Source: an uncultured Candidatus Saccharibacteria bacterium (lineage in GTDB: Bacteria; Patescibacteriota; Minisyncoccia; Phycocordibacterales; CAIZLB01). Taken from it: 64,000 nucleotides of DNA. A program made the translations under genes and the position numbers. The notes under the pieces are model-generated. The model was not told the DNA's origin and ran no database searches. It saw only the letters and a program-made list of their open reading frames with translations. Position 1 is the stretch's first letter, and the number at the start of each line of letters is the position of its first letter. The DNA lies in contig CAYXQC010000003.1 in NCBI GenBank assembly GCA_964467385.1, positions 37,798-101,797 of the forward strand, written 5' to 3'. Positions 27,786 to 38,338 of this stretch are shown in pieces.

Positions 27786-28376
27786 TTAGGCAGATTTTTC
27801 AAAATCAAGCATCACTTTTTTACGTTCACTTCCCCATCTGTACCCACCGAGCTCCCCGTCCGATTTCAAGATTCTGTGACATGGAACAATAAAAGCAATT
27901 GGATTATTGCCGATAGCAGTTCCGACCGCACGATATGATTTCGGTGACCCAATCTTTTTTGCCAGTCCAGCATATGAAGAAGTTTTACCAAAAGGAATAG
28001 TAATGAGTGCTTCCCAGACTTTTATTTGAAAATCCGTACCTCGTACATAAAAAGTTAGACCTGTGTTGATTTCTTCACACCCTGCCTGAAGATTTGAAAA
28101 ATATTTTACAATTTCTTCATGTGTACCATGATTCTTTTTCAGAATCTTTGCCTTTGGCCAGCGATCTTTTAGGTCGGCAACAATATCACCTGCACTATTT
28201 CCTGTTTCTGCAAAAAGCACATTACAGATATCATTATTCAAAGAAGCAACAAGGCATCTACCAAAAGGTGTCTCACATGTAGTGTAGTGAATCTCTAAAT
28301 TTGCTAAGTCTGTTGGTTGCATTTTTCTTAGCTTAATTTTTGGAACCCTTCTCGGGACATGAGATTTTCTTTTCAT
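27786..28376 (-). CDS. ogt: Methylated-DNA-protein-cysteine methyltransferase
   Basis: Active-site PCHRILKSDGELGGYRWG (PCHR motif) in the C-terminal DNA-binding domain. Confidence 0.7.
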   Translation of the reverse strand: MKRKSHVPRRVPKIKLRKMQPTDLANLEIHYTTCETPFGRCLVASLNNDICNVLFAETGNSAGDIVADLKDRWPKAKILKKNHGTHEEIVKYFSNLQAGCEEINTGLTFYVRGTDFQIKVWEALITIPFGKTSSYAGLAKKIGSPKSYRAVGTAIGNNPIAFIVPCHRILKSDGELGGYRWGSERKKVMLDFEKSA

Positions 28377-28457
28377 GGCGCTATTGTATAATGCCGATAT
28401 TGAACCGCCTAGTCTAGCCAGATAAATAGATTAAAGAATACTAGGTATCATCAGCCC

Positions 28458-29282
28458 ATGTCCACATCACCGACTAAGATCAGAGAATTCAAAAAACTTA
28501 TCTGGAACTACTATAAAGAATATGGCCGTGATCTACCTTGGCGAAAGACCACAGATCCATACAAGATTTTAGTTTCAGAGATAATGCTCCAGCAAACACA
28601 GGTCTCTCGAGTTATCCCAAAGTATAAGGAATTTCTCAAAAAATTCCCTAATATAACCGCACTTGCTGAAGCAGACAGGACTGCTGTACTAAAAGTTTGG
28701 ATTGGTCTTGGCTATAATCGCCGAGCACTTTTTTTGAAGCGAGCAGCCGAAGAAGTGGTGATTAATTTTCAATCAAGATTTCCTAAAGATCGAGAAACTC
28801 TGATGAGATTAGCAGGTATTGGGCAATCCACAGCTGGCGCAATCATGGCATTTTCATTCAACCAACCAGTTACATTTATTGAAACAAATATCCGTTCAGT
28901 TTTTCTTTATCATTTTTTTAAAGAAAAAACAGATGTCAGTGATGTAGAGATTTTACCCATTATCGAACAAACAAGTGATACAAAAAATTCTCGTGAATGG
29001 TACTACGCCTTATACGATTACGGCTCAATGCTAAAAGCAAAATTAGGTAGACAAAAAACAATACTCCACAAACAAAGTAAACACTATGTAAAACAGAGTA
29101 CATTCAAAGGCTCGAATCGCCAGATCCGGGCAGCTATCGTGCGATATGCACTGGAACATCCTACTGGAACAAAGAAGGATCCTGCGGCAATTTTCAAGAA
29201 TCTTAAAAAAGATTTACCACACCTAACCTTAAGCAATCTTAAAGAAAATCTAAAGAGGTTAACAGCGGAAGGATTGATTTAG
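28458..29282 (+). CDS. HhH-GPD superfamily DNA glycosylase (MutY/Nth-like) without a C-terminal Fe-S cysteine cluster
   Basis: LPWRKTTDPYKILVSEIMLQQTQVSRV and LAGIGQSTAGAIMAF (HhH-GPD); no Cx6Cx2Cx5C cluster. Confidence 0.6.
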   Translation: MSTSPTKIREFKKLIWNYYKEYGRDLPWRKTTDPYKILVSEIMLQQTQVSRVIPKYKEFLKKFPNITALAEADRTAVLKVWIGLGYNRRALFLKRAAEEVVINFQSRFPKDRETLMRLAGIGQSTAGAIMAFSFNQPVTFIETNIRSVFLYHFFKEKTDVSDVEILPIIEQTSDTKNSREWYYALYDYGSMLKAKLGRQKTILHKQSKHYVKQSTFKGSNRQIRAAIVRYALEHPTGTKKDPAAIFKNLKKDLPHLTLSNLKENLKRLTAEGLI

Positions 29283-29346
29283 GCAAAAAAGCACAATTAA
29301 AACACCATTTTTATGTACTTTGTCCATACCCCATCCGTGATATAAT

Positions 29347-29856
29347 TTGTATATGTTAAGAAATACGGCTATAAATCTAAGTTTAAAGATCGGCCTAGCT
29401 ATCCCTTTCATGTATACCTGCCTTGCCTCATTTTTCGTACCTGATCATGTGCTTTCTTTCTGGCCCAAATTCATAGTACGACACATCAATGAAACAGTTA
29501 TTCTCTTCATAACAGGACTCGGCACCCTCATCTTTGTCGTTTCCATGCTTTTTTTCCGATCTTCAGATCATCAGAAATTTGTCGTCTCAAGTTCTGGCAT
29601 GATTGCAATTGCATTAGTAGGACTTTCAAATCTCGACAATGTACCCTTCTTGATCGACCTCGTCCCTCTCTTTTTCATCGCGCTTGCACTTACCCTCCGA
29701 TACTATCCTAGAGTTCGAGTCGTGGCGGAAACAAAAATTACACCGCTTGCAAATGTAACCATTCAAAAACATAAGTATGCCGAAGTGAAAGACACTGTTG
29801 TTGAAGTAGGTATCGATGCAGAACATGATCAACATATTTTTGTCCCAAAGCAGTAA
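29347..29856 (+). CDS. Hypothetical membrane protein
   Basis: Four hydrophobic helices; ORF track. Confidence 0.35.
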   Translation: MYMLRNTAINLSLKIGLAIPFMYTCLASFFVPDHVLSFWPKFIVRHINETVILFITGLGTLIFVVSMLFFRSSDHQKFVVSSSGMIAIALVGLSNLDNVPFLIDLVPLFFIALALTLRYYPRVRVVAETKITPLANVTIQKHKYAEVKDTVVEVGIDAEHDQHIFVPKQ

Positions 29857-32143
29857 AGAGTTTTTTCGCCTGACGCCAAATCAGCAAAGCGCTCTCAGAA
29901 AAATTGGTATCGAGAGTATTCGCGATGTCTTGTATCATTTACCAAAAAGATACGAATATGCCTCGTCTGCGAAACTGATCCAAGACCTTGTCCCAGATGA
30001 ACATATCACCGTATATGGTCGCATAAGCGGACTTAAAACTGGAAAATCTTTTCGCACAAAAGTCTCAAAAGCGGAAGGAAAATTAAATGATGAAACAGGT
30101 ACTTTAAAATTACTCTGGTTTCATCAGCCGTATATTGCAAAGATTATTCAAGACGAAAGTCTCGTACGTGTTCATGGAAAAGTGAGTGAACGAAATGGGG
30201 AGCTATCGATGTTGAATCCCGAGATCGAGTCCATCTCGGCTATCCCAGATAATATCGGGCAAAATTTATTTGCTGATGCGATTGCAAATGGAGTTAAAAT
30301 CGAAAGTATCAATGGCGTCAATAATAGCACATCACTGACAACTCCGATTCCAATTTATCCAGAAAGCAAAGGGATCACATCGCGATGGTTCTATCATGCC
30401 GTGCAGAAAGTTTTCAAACATCCTGAATTCGCCCGTATTGAAGATCCTATACCTGAAGAAATTCGCAAAAAATACAATCTTCCCTCTTTGCAAACAGCAC
30501 TTGTATGGATTCATACGCCGAAAAAATCAGAAGATGCAAAAGTGGCCGAGAAACGCTTTGCTTTTGAAGAAATATTTTACATACAACTGCGCAATGAATT
30601 TACCCGTGCACTCCATGCTCGTGAAAAAAGTTTTGCTATTGAAAAACCAGCTAATGAAATAGATGCATTTACTGAGCGATTCCCTTTTGCTCTCACTGAA
30701 GGACAGCAAGTAGCTATCTCACATGTTTTAGCTGATTTTAAAACTGGTCACCCAATGTCGCGACTCCTCGAAGGTGATGTAGGATCTGGAAAAACTGCCG
30801 TTGCAGCCGTAACAACTTATGCATGTGTAGCTTCACGTCCACGTGGACAAAACTTTGGCACGCTTCAAGTTGCATATATGGCACCGACCGAGATTTTAGC
30901 GCGACAACATTTCGAATCATTTATTCAATACTTCAAGCACATGCCAATTTCGATCGGACTCATAACTGGGAATGGCTGTAGAAAATTTCCATCAAAAGTA
31001 AATCCTAGCGGTTGGACCGATATTTCTCGTGCGCAATTTTTGAAATGGGTAGCAAATGGCGAAATTTCAGTAGTAATTGGAACGCATGCACTTATTCAAA
31101 AAACTGTTCGTTTTAAACATCTCGCATATGTAATCATCGACGAGCAACACCGCTTCGGTACCGAGCAAAGACAAAAACTTGCTCGTAAAGAAAAAGTGAT
31201 GCCTCACCTTCTTTCAATGACAGCTACTCCGATTCCGCGAACACTCGCACTTACTATGTATGGCGATCTCGATCTGTCTGTGCTCGATCAAATGCCAAGC
31301 GGTCGTAAAAAAGTTATTACTGAAATTGTAAACAGCGGAGGTAGTGTGGGACAAAGATCAAATCGACATAAAGTATACGAACATATTCGCAGCGAACTTA
31401 AGGCAGGTCGGCAAGCATATGTAATTTGTCCACGTATCAACGAACCTGATCCAGAAAAAGAACAGACTGTCATGGCACGTTCCGTGAAAGAAGAAGCTAA
31501 GCGACTTCGTGAAGATACTTTCAAAGAATTTCGCATTGATATTATGCATAGCAAAATGAAACCGACAGAAAAAGAAGCCGTGATGGAAAAGTTTGCACGA
31601 CATGAAATTGATATTTTAGTTTCAACTTCTGTAGTTGAGGTGGGAGTGAATGTACCAAACGCTTCTGTAATTGTGATTGAAGGTGGTGAACGTTTCGGTC
31701 TTTCTCAGCTTCATCAGCTTCGTGGACGAGTGATTCGAGGAAATCATCAGCCGTATTGTTATGTATTTACAAGCGACAGCAAACGCGTTTCAAATGGGCC
31801 AAGTAAAGGTGCGACTGCAAAAAATCAAAGTTCAAGTAGTGCAGGCGCTGGGAAGAGTGACAAGACAATTGAACGTCTTCACGCATTGGCTACCGCCAAA
31901 AATGGTTTTGAACTAGCCGAACTCGACTTGGCGCAGCGAGGTGCCGGAGAATTATATGGCGGAAAACAATGGGGGCTTTCAGATATTGCCATGAATGCTA
32001 TTAAAAATCTCAAGATGGTTGAAGCCGCTCGAACTGAATCTCAAGCATTAGTGCGTGAGCATGAGACTATGGAAAAGTTAGCTACAGCCGTTCCGGCACT
32101 TGGTGCCATTTTGCAAAGCAAAAAGGAGGTACATATGGAGTAA
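29816..32143 (+). CDS. recG: ATP-dependent DNA helicase RecG
   Basis: N-terminal wedge/OB domain, helicase motifs GDVGSGKT, DEQHRFG, TATPIPRTL, QLHQLRGRVIRG; 775 aa. Confidence 0.85.
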   Translation: MQNMINIFLSQSSKEFFRLTPNQQSALRKIGIESIRDVLYHLPKRYEYASSAKLIQDLVPDEHITVYGRISGLKTGKSFRTKVSKAEGKLNDETGTLKLLWFHQPYIAKIIQDESLVRVHGKVSERNGELSMLNPEIESISAIPDNIGQNLFADAIANGVKIESINGVNNSTSLTTPIPIYPESKGITSRWFYHAVQKVFKHPEFARIEDPIPEEIRKKYNLPSLQTALVWIHTPKKSEDAKVAEKRFAFEEIFYIQLRNEFTRALHAREKSFAIEKPANEIDAFTERFPFALTEGQQVAISHVLADFKTGHPMSRLLEGDVGSGKTAVAAVTTYACVASRPRGQNFGTLQVAYMAPTEILARQHFESFIQYFKHMPISIGLITGNGCRKFPSKVNPSGWTDISRAQFLKWVANGEISVVIGTHALIQKTVRFKHLAYVIIDEQHRFGTEQRQKLARKEKVMPHLLSMTATPIPRTLALTMYGDLDLSVLDQMPSGRKKVITEIVNSGGSVGQRSNRHKVYEHIRSELKAGRQAYVICPRINEPDPEKEQTVMARSVKEEAKRLREDTFKEFRIDIMHSKMKPTEKEAVMEKFARHEIDILVSTSVVEVGVNVPNASVIVIEGGERFGLSQLHQLRGRVIRGNHQPYCYVFTSDSKRVSNGPSKGATAKNQSSSSAGAGKSDKTIERLHALATAKNGFELAELDLAQRGAGELYGGKQWGLSDIAMNAIKNLKMVEAARTESQALVREHETMEKLATAVPALGAILQSKKEVHME

Positions 32144-32284
32144 ATGGTGGTCACGGATATTTTCTTGCTACCCGCTCTAAAATTCCTCGACCCTAGCTCG
32201 TCTATTTTTCCTACTGGAAAAATATGACTCCGCCTCGCCAAAAGTAAACAAAAACCCAGACTGCTCTGGGTTTTTGAATCTTTG

Positions 32285-32358
32285 TGCGCGTGCATGGACT
32301 CGAACCATGGACCGCCGAGGTATAAGCTCGGTGCTCTAACCAACTGAGCTACACGCGC
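32285..32358 (-). tRNA. tRNA-Ile with anticodon UAU (TAT)
   Basis: Reverse complement GCGCGTG-T-AGCTCAGTTGGTTAGAGC-A-CCGAG-CTTATAC-CTCGG-CGGTC-CATGG-TTCGAGT-CCATG-CACGCGC-A folds as a canonical cloverleaf; positions 34-36 of the loop are TAT. Confidence 0.7.
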
Positions 32359-32450
32359 ATCTTTGGAAGACAGCATTGATAATACCACCTTCCAACATTG
32401 TTTCAACTTCCACTTTCTACCGAACATTTTCGCAATATTGCGCCGGTACA

Positions 32451-34488
32451 CTACCCCACTATGGTCTGAGGCTCCTCCACTATAACCGCTTTCTTTTTTG
32501 GCATAATTCCGTTGGCAATCAAGATTTTTTCATACTCTGCTTGCTCAAGAGTTTCAGCTTCAACAAGCTCTTTAGCAATGGCATCGAGCGCTCCACGCTT
32601 TTCTGTAATAATTTTAAACGCACGATCGTATGCTGCATTCATGATTCCTGAGACTTCAGCATCAATAGTTGCACCAACCGTTTCTGAATATTCTTTATCA
32701 CTTACTCCAGCACCAAACATTGTTCTACCAGTAGCTGCTTCAAGTGCAATTGGACCGATCTTATCTGACATACCATATCGAGTCACCATATCGCGCGCGA
32801 GCGCTGTTGAAACTTGGAGATCGTTTGATGAGCCTGTTGTTAGATCGCCGAAAATATTTTTCTCGACTACATATCCACCAAGCGATACGACAATATCATC
32901 AAGAAATTCATTCTTTGATTGCATTCGTCGCTCTTCAAGTGGAAGCTTCATGGTGTAACCCGCAGCTCGGCCTCGAGAGATGATTGAGACTTTGTGCACG
33001 GGATCAGCATGTTCAAGAACAGAGGCAAGGAGCGCATGACCAGCTTCATGATATGCCGTGAGTTCTTTTTCTTTTTTGCTGAGCAAATGACTTTTTCGCT
33101 CTGGACCAATCATTACTTTTTCAATAGATCGGATGAGATCGTACTGACCAATCTTTGTTCTATTTTCTCGCGCAGCGACAATGGCCCCTTCATTCATTAA
33201 TGAATACAAATCAGCACCTGAGAATCCAGGAGTTCTTTCAGCTACCACTTCAAGATTTACATCTTCAGCAAGTGGCTTGTTTTTTGCATGTACATGAAGA
33301 ATTGCCAATCGATCACCTCGATCAGGAAGGTCGATAGTTACCCGTCGATCAAATCGTCCCGGTCTAAGGAGCGCAGGATCAAGCACATCCGGTCGGTTTG
33401 TTGCAGCCATAACAATCACTTTTTCATTTGGTTCGAATCCATCCATTTCCACCAAAATCTGGTTTAAAGTTTGCTCTCGCTCATCATTTCCACCCCCAGT
33501 TCCCACTCCTCTACTTCGTCCAACCGCATCAATTTCATCAATGAAAATAATAGCAGGTGCAGTTGTCTTGGCTTGTCGGAAAAGATCTCGCACTCGTGAT
33601 GCGCCAACACCTACAAACATTTCTACAAATTCTGAACCTGACATTGAGAAGAACGCTACACCAGCTTCACCAGCAACCGCTCGTGCGAGCAAAGTCTTTC
33701 CAGTTCCCGGTTGACCCATAAGTAAAATTCCTTTAGGAATTCGTGCGCCAATATCAATGAATTTTTTAGGATTTTTTAGGAAGTCTACAATTTCTGAAAG
33801 TTCCGACTTCGCTTCTTTGGCACCAGCCACATCTTTAAATGTAATCTGCACTTTATTGTCCTCTGGCAAAGTGAGTCGTGCACGTGACTGACCAAAACTC
33901 ATCGCTTGCATACCCGCACCACGAACTTGTCGAGTTAAAAACCAAACCATGAAAAGGAAAATCAAAATCGGAAATGCGAATGGCAAAATATTTCCAAGCC
34001 AATATGCAAGTCCGGTATCGGATACACTTTCGATTTTCACAGTTGCCAACTTTTCTTTTGGTACACCAAGATTTGAAAGTGTCTCTGTAAGTGAACTCTG
34101 TGTTTCTTTTTTAGATTCCTTCACTGACTTGTCGAGGTATGTAACAGTAAGATCATCATCAGTTACTTTCACACTTTCAACTTTTCCATCAGCAATATCA
34201 GTTGCGATCTGACTAATGGCCACCTTTTCCGTTTCAACCTGCTTATCAGCTACAAATGTATAGAGTGAGATAAGGGCGACAAAAATCAAAAAAGCTCCGA
34301 ACACATTATTGAAAAAACTTCGTCGTACTTCTTTTCTCGACGGCTTGTTTTTAGATGAATTGGACGAGTTTTGGCTCTGCGAGTTTGTAGAATTCTGAAC
34401 TTCTCCATGCTCATTTTCTTTAGATACTTCAATTGGATTATCACCTTTTTGGCCTTTATTTTGAGGTTTTTTTGATTCTTTCATCATG
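32451..34488 (-). CDS. ftsH: ATP-dependent zinc metalloprotease FtsH. Start taken at the internal MMKESKK.
   Basis: AAA motifs [23 protein letters not shown], second region of homology, zinc-binding HEAGHAL; two N-terminal TM helices. Confidence 0.9.
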
Positions 34489-34654
34489 GGATGAGTATAC
34501 AGCAATATATATAGTATTGAAAGATTTGCTATACTGGCTAACAACCAGACGTTTTGAGGCAAAAACGGTGACAAAAGTCCTCAAAAAAGGGGCAAAAAAG
34601 CAATAAAACACCGATCGAAGCAGTGCAGCCAAACGTCGAACAAGCAAAGCTAAC

Positions 34655-35122
34655 ATGAAGCATCAGACCACTTATATTCATAACAAAAAGGCACTCTTTA
34701 ACTACGAAATCCAAGACACTATCGAAGCCGGAATCGAGCTTTTTGGTCATGAGGTCAAGTCAATCAAAAACAACCAAGGGTCACTCGAAGGTGCGTACGT
34801 GATTGTACGTGGAGGCGAAGCATATCTTATCAATATGAACATTCCTGCGTATCAAACTGGAAATATTCCAGCAGATCATGAACTAACACGAAACCGGAAA
34901 TTAATTCTCCATAAAGAAGAAATAAAGAAATTGGCAGATGTCGGAGACAAAGGCGGCAAAGGAAATGGTGGTTTAACTATCATTCCCCTTTCTATATACA
35001 ACAATCGTGGACGCATCAAGGTTGAGATCGCAATCGCTCGCGGTAAGAAAAAAATTGATAAGCGTGAGACTATTAAAAAACGAGAAACTGATCGTGAGAT
35101 ACGGAGGGAAATGAAGAGGTAA
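34655..35122 (+). CDS. smpB: SsrA-binding protein SmpB
   Basis: KKALFNYEIQDTIEAGIELFGHEVKSIK..., RNRKLILHKEEIKKL, GRIKVEIAIARGKKKIDKRE are all typical SmpB blocks. Confidence 0.85.
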   Translation: MKHQTTYIHNKKALFNYEIQDTIEAGIELFGHEVKSIKNNQGSLEGAYVIVRGGEAYLINMNIPAYQTGNIPADHELTRNRKLILHKEEIKKLADVGDKGGKGNGGLTIIPLSIYNNRGRIKVEIAIARGKKKIDKRETIKKRETDREIRREMKR

Positions 35123-35162
35123 GTTTTACAAGTCGCCGAGTTTATAAACATAAATAAGAGTA

Positions 35163-35212
35163 CCCCGGAAACCTTTATGGTCGCCGGGGCGGGCCGTAGC
35201 CCAAATTTTTTT
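35163..35212 (+). terminator. Tandem hairpin terminator after smpB
   Basis: CCCCGGAAACCTTTATGGTCGCCGGGG then CGGGCCGTAGCCC followed by AAATTTTTTT. Confidence 0.55.
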
Positions 35213-35459
35213 ACTTTTGCTTTTTTGCCCTATTTTGGGCTTTTTCTTTTCTTTTCTTTTTCCTTTTTATTCCAGTGCCCACAAAGTGAGCGACCACACT
35301 TTCACATCAACCCAATACACTTACCTCTGATACTTAGATGTGTTACGCAAAAAACATTACGTAGGTGGAGTCCGGAGCTTGTAAGGCATGACTCTACACG
35401 GCCATCCAGAACTATATACCTGTATGAACAGTGAACATATTATACATAATAATATAGTA

Positions 35460-35487
35460 TTGTCAACCTACAAGAGCGTGGTATACT
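35460..35487 (+). promoter_or_regulatory. Sigma70-like promoter upstream of ssrA
   Basis: TTGTCA, 16-nt spacer, TATACT; about 90 nt upstream of the tmRNA 5' GGGG. Confidence 0.45.
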
Positions 35488-35585
35488 TTCCCCGTTTGCA
35501 AGGTTTGTACCTTTCAGACGTCTTTGAAAAAGTAGGCTCTTGAAGCGAAATTTATCGCAGATAGGAAGCCTCACATAGACACAAT

Positions 35586-36026
35586 GGGGATGACAGGCAT
35601 CGACATGCAAGTTCCCTTGTTTGTGCGCAATCGAGTATTCTGAAACCTCGCTAAACTTTCAGGAAACCTAAGTGCTAACGCACGAAAAGCAGTCGCTTCT
35701 CCATTCTATGGAGTAAACGATTTTGCATTTGCTACAGCCCGAGCCTAACTTCGGTTACTCCGCTCTAGCAACATCTCGCTTCTCTTTTTTCGCTGGAGAA
35801 GTTGGGGTGATATACCCGCGAAATAGGCTGGTGAGTTTCTTCACTCAACTACCGAAACCTTAGAAGATCGGTTTGAAAATGTTTTGTGTATTTCCTAGTT
35901 TTCAAACTTAAAGTCGTGACGCGGACATCTTCGGGTGACGCCTCTCTCGGCGAGAAATACAACACGTTGCGTAGACTCACTCAAGAACCTTACATGCACG
36001 CGAGTTCGAATCTCGCCGTCTCCACA
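35586..36026 (+). ncRNA. ssrA: tmRNA (transfer-messenger RNA, standard one-piece)
   Basis: 5' GGGGATGACAGGCATCGACATG resembles the tmRNA 5' consensus. The 3' T-arm is GCGAG-TTCGAAT-CTCGC and the acceptor CGTCTCC pairs with GGGGATG, including a G3:U70 wobble. An internal reading frame ends ..NDFAFATARA-TAA at 35746-35748. The gene sits immediately after smpB. Confidence 0.7.
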
Positions 36027-36037
36027 GTAATACAAAA

Positions 36038-36060
36038 GGCCGACCTGCGTCGGTTTTTTG
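36038..36060 (+). terminator. Terminator hairpin after tmRNA
   Basis: GGCCGAC-CTGC-GTCGG then TTTTTT. Confidence 0.5.
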
Positions 36061-36182
36061 TATTACCTAGTTTGAGAGAGACAGAGAGACGAGAAAGGCG
36101 GAGCTAATGTCGATTCAGCAGACGAGACAGCGAGCCGGGGTCGCGGAAATTTCTGAGCGATGGCGAAGAAATTATCTGTGAC

Positions 36183-36202
36183 CGAATCTCGCCGTCTCCA
36201 CA
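36183..36202 (+). repeat. Direct repeat of the tmRNA 3' terminal 20 nt (CGAATCTCGCCGTCTCCACA); the other copy is 36007-36026
   Basis: Exact 20/20 match 176 bp downstream, without the 5' T-stem strand; followed by its own hairpin AAATAAAATAACCACCTTACGGTGGGTATTTTATTT (36203-36239). Confidence 0.6.
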
Positions 36203-36273
36203 CAAATAAAATAACCACCTTACGGTGGGTATTTTATTTGTACTGATTCTATGGCTTTCAAGAAAAGATAACC

Positions 36274-37014
36274 CTATCTCGCCAAAATATGATTCTGTAC
36301 ATGAAGCACAACCGTTTCTGAAAGTGTTGGAGTCGCTGTATCCGGCTCACCATTTTTCCGATCAAGGTACGAGACACTCAGGTTATAACCTGTAGCACTA
36401 ATCATATATGCCAACTGTTTTGGTTGGTAAGCTGCTTTTTCATTCGGAGTTGCTGTAACACTATTCAAGATCACCCGATCACCGATTGAAATTGCCCCGC
36501 TGTACATAACTGCTTGGCCCACATTTCTAAAAAGCGCCACATGCTTGATCTCAGCGAGCTGTCTGTCCTGAGTTACTGTCATTTCTACAAATACATCATA
36601 TCCACTATCGGTTGCAACTTTTCCGAGAATTTTTCCAATAGTCACTTTTCCTTTAATTGCACTGTCAGTGTAATTTGCTACACCACCAGAAAGTGTAACT
36701 TCAGCACCAGTCACAGGCACTTTGATTTTTGCAGTATTAATAAGAGCGAGTAGGCTTGCATCACTTGGAGCTACTGGAAGTGAAGTCTGTCGAGAGGTAC
36801 TTGTTGTTTTGGTTTTTGAAGAATTTGAACCAGTTGCACCTACTCCATTTACACTAGTCGATGAAGCACTCATGTCTCCATCTTCTATAGTCGACCCATT
36901 CTGCAAATCAGCTGCACTTTTTCCAAAAGGATTCATTCCAGCTACGCTGAAAATGATACCAACAACCACAACTGCTGTCACAATAATTAACACGGTCTTA
37001 AGATTTGAATTCAT
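36274..37014 (-). CDS. Hypothetical membrane-anchored protein (N-terminal TM helix, Ser/Thr-rich linker)
   Basis: ORF track; MNSNLKTVLIIVTAVVVVGIIFSVAG N-terminal anchor. Confidence 0.35.
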   Translation of the reverse strand: MNSNLKTVLIIVTAVVVVGIIFSVAGMNPFGKSAADLQNGSTIEDGDMSASSTSVNGVGATGSNSSKTKTTSTSRQTSLPVAPSDASLLALINTAKIKVPVTGAEVTLSGGVANYTDSAIKGKVTIGKILGKVATDSGYDVFVEMTVTQDRQLAEIKHVALFRNVGQAVMYSGAISIGDRVILNSVTATPNEKAAYQPKQLAYMISATGYNLSVSYLDRKNGEPDTATPTLSETVVLHVQNHILAR

Positions 37015-37240
37015 TGTATATACTTAATATTAAGGCTGATTTTAAGCCGAAGCCAAGGCTCTAATCAAACGAGCTAAAGGCTCTGCCAAAATGAGCTAAT
37101 ACTATAAGTCTACACCCTCCGTAGTAAATTGCATACCGTAAAAGTATAGCAAATTGACACCTTACCTCTAAACTTATACGCTTACATTCAGATCAAAAGC
37201 ACATCACAACGAGTAACCAAAATATAGAGAGGAAATCGAA

Positions 37241-38269
37241 ATGGAACCGCAAACTGAACCCATAAAAACAGAATTGACAAAAACGATCGAACAAATTAGG
37301 GGGATAGCTTTACCCGTCCTACCAATACCTATATCTGTTCGCCGAATCACTGAGGATGACAGACAAAACGGGTGGCACAGAAACAACCGTTCAGGTTGGG
37401 TCACGGAAAAACCATTGGTGCGCTTTGGAGATATTCCAACCATCAACATTCCCTGCCCGACAATAAGAAAACCGGTCGGACCAGATCAGGTGCAATACAG
37501 TAGCCACGAATGTATTGTCGCACTATCGAACCATCTAGGATTCGAAGCTTCTGAAAGCTTTACTGACGGAACCTTACCTCCCTCCACATACGACGCTTTC
37601 AATATGTCGCGATTTGGAATCTTCCGTTTTGAATCTGATCAAGTCACATCGAAAGATGTGCTGGCTTTTTTTACAGCAAATCACATCAAACGAGCCACAA
37701 CCCGCGATCTTCTTATGTTTGAAGAACATTACAAGATGGTTGTTGGTGATAAATTGATCGCACTCGGATGCTCAAATGCAAGTCAAATAGAGCTGGCAAC
37801 CAGCGGTATCTGCAGCTTGCACAACATAGCGAGAAAGATAATCGGTTCAAAAAAATACATCGATCCGCGAAAAATATCCTATCCAATGCTCGCAAAACCA
37901 AGAAGACACGAGCTTAGACTCGATCTGACACACGATCATCCAACTCCCTGGAATTGCGAACATCTCTTTCTTGGAAAGATCATGTGCATAGCGAAATACG
38001 ACGAGTGGATGAACCGTCTGGCTATATCCCTCAAAGAATATCGAGCGTTACCCACACGGGAGAAACTCCCGAAAAACCCATTCTGCAAAGAATGTTTAGG
38101 TAAACGCTATGTTACGGAACAAGGTTGGGTCTGCGAGATCATCAGAGGAGAGGAGGTAGACTATCAGCAAGCACTTCTGCAAGGATTCGACCCTGTTCAC
38201 ACCATTCCGGATTACGCCGGACGAATGTACAGACCAGTCTTCACTGAACTTGGTCTTGCACGTTCGTAG
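37241..38269 (+). CDS. Hypothetical Cys/His/Trp-rich protein, composition looks GC-richer than its neighbours
   Basis: ORF track; several CxxC/CxH-like pairs (CKECLGKRY...CEII; WNCEHLFLGKIMC); terminator hairpin 38303-38338 after it. Confidence 0.35.
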   Translation: MEPQTEPIKTELTKTIEQIRGIALPVLPIPISVRRITEDDRQNGWHRNNRSGWVTEKPLVRFGDIPTINIPCPTIRKPVGPDQVQYSSHECIVALSNHLGFEASESFTDGTLPPSTYDAFNMSRFGIFRFESDQVTSKDVLAFFTANHIKRATTRDLLMFEEHYKMVVGDKLIALGCSNASQIELATSGICSLHNIARKIIGSKKYIDPRKISYPMLAKPRRHELRLDLTHDHPTPWNCEHLFLGKIMCIAKYDEWMNRLAISLKEYRALPTREKLPKNPFCKECLGKRYVTEQGWVCEIIRGEEVDYQQALLQGFDPVHTIPDYAGRMYRPVFTELGLARS

Positions 38270-38302
38270 TTACACTGACAGTTGAACACGACATACAACT
38301 CA

Positions 38303-38338
38303 AAATCCCTGATAGCTTCACGGCCGTCAGGGATTTTT
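38303..38338 (+). terminator. Rho-independent terminator
   Basis: AAAATCCCTGA-TAGCTTCACGGCCG-TCAGGGATTTTT. Confidence 0.5.

Noticed and set aside
32041-32451. 136-aa minus-strand ORF
   Set aside because: Overlaps tRNA-Ile(UAU) and the recG 3' end. No motif. Spurious.
35177-36107. ORFs 35177-35434 and 35886-36107 on the plus strand
   Set aside because: They lie within the smpB terminator / ssrA promoter and inside the tmRNA gene itself. The region is better explained as structured RNA.
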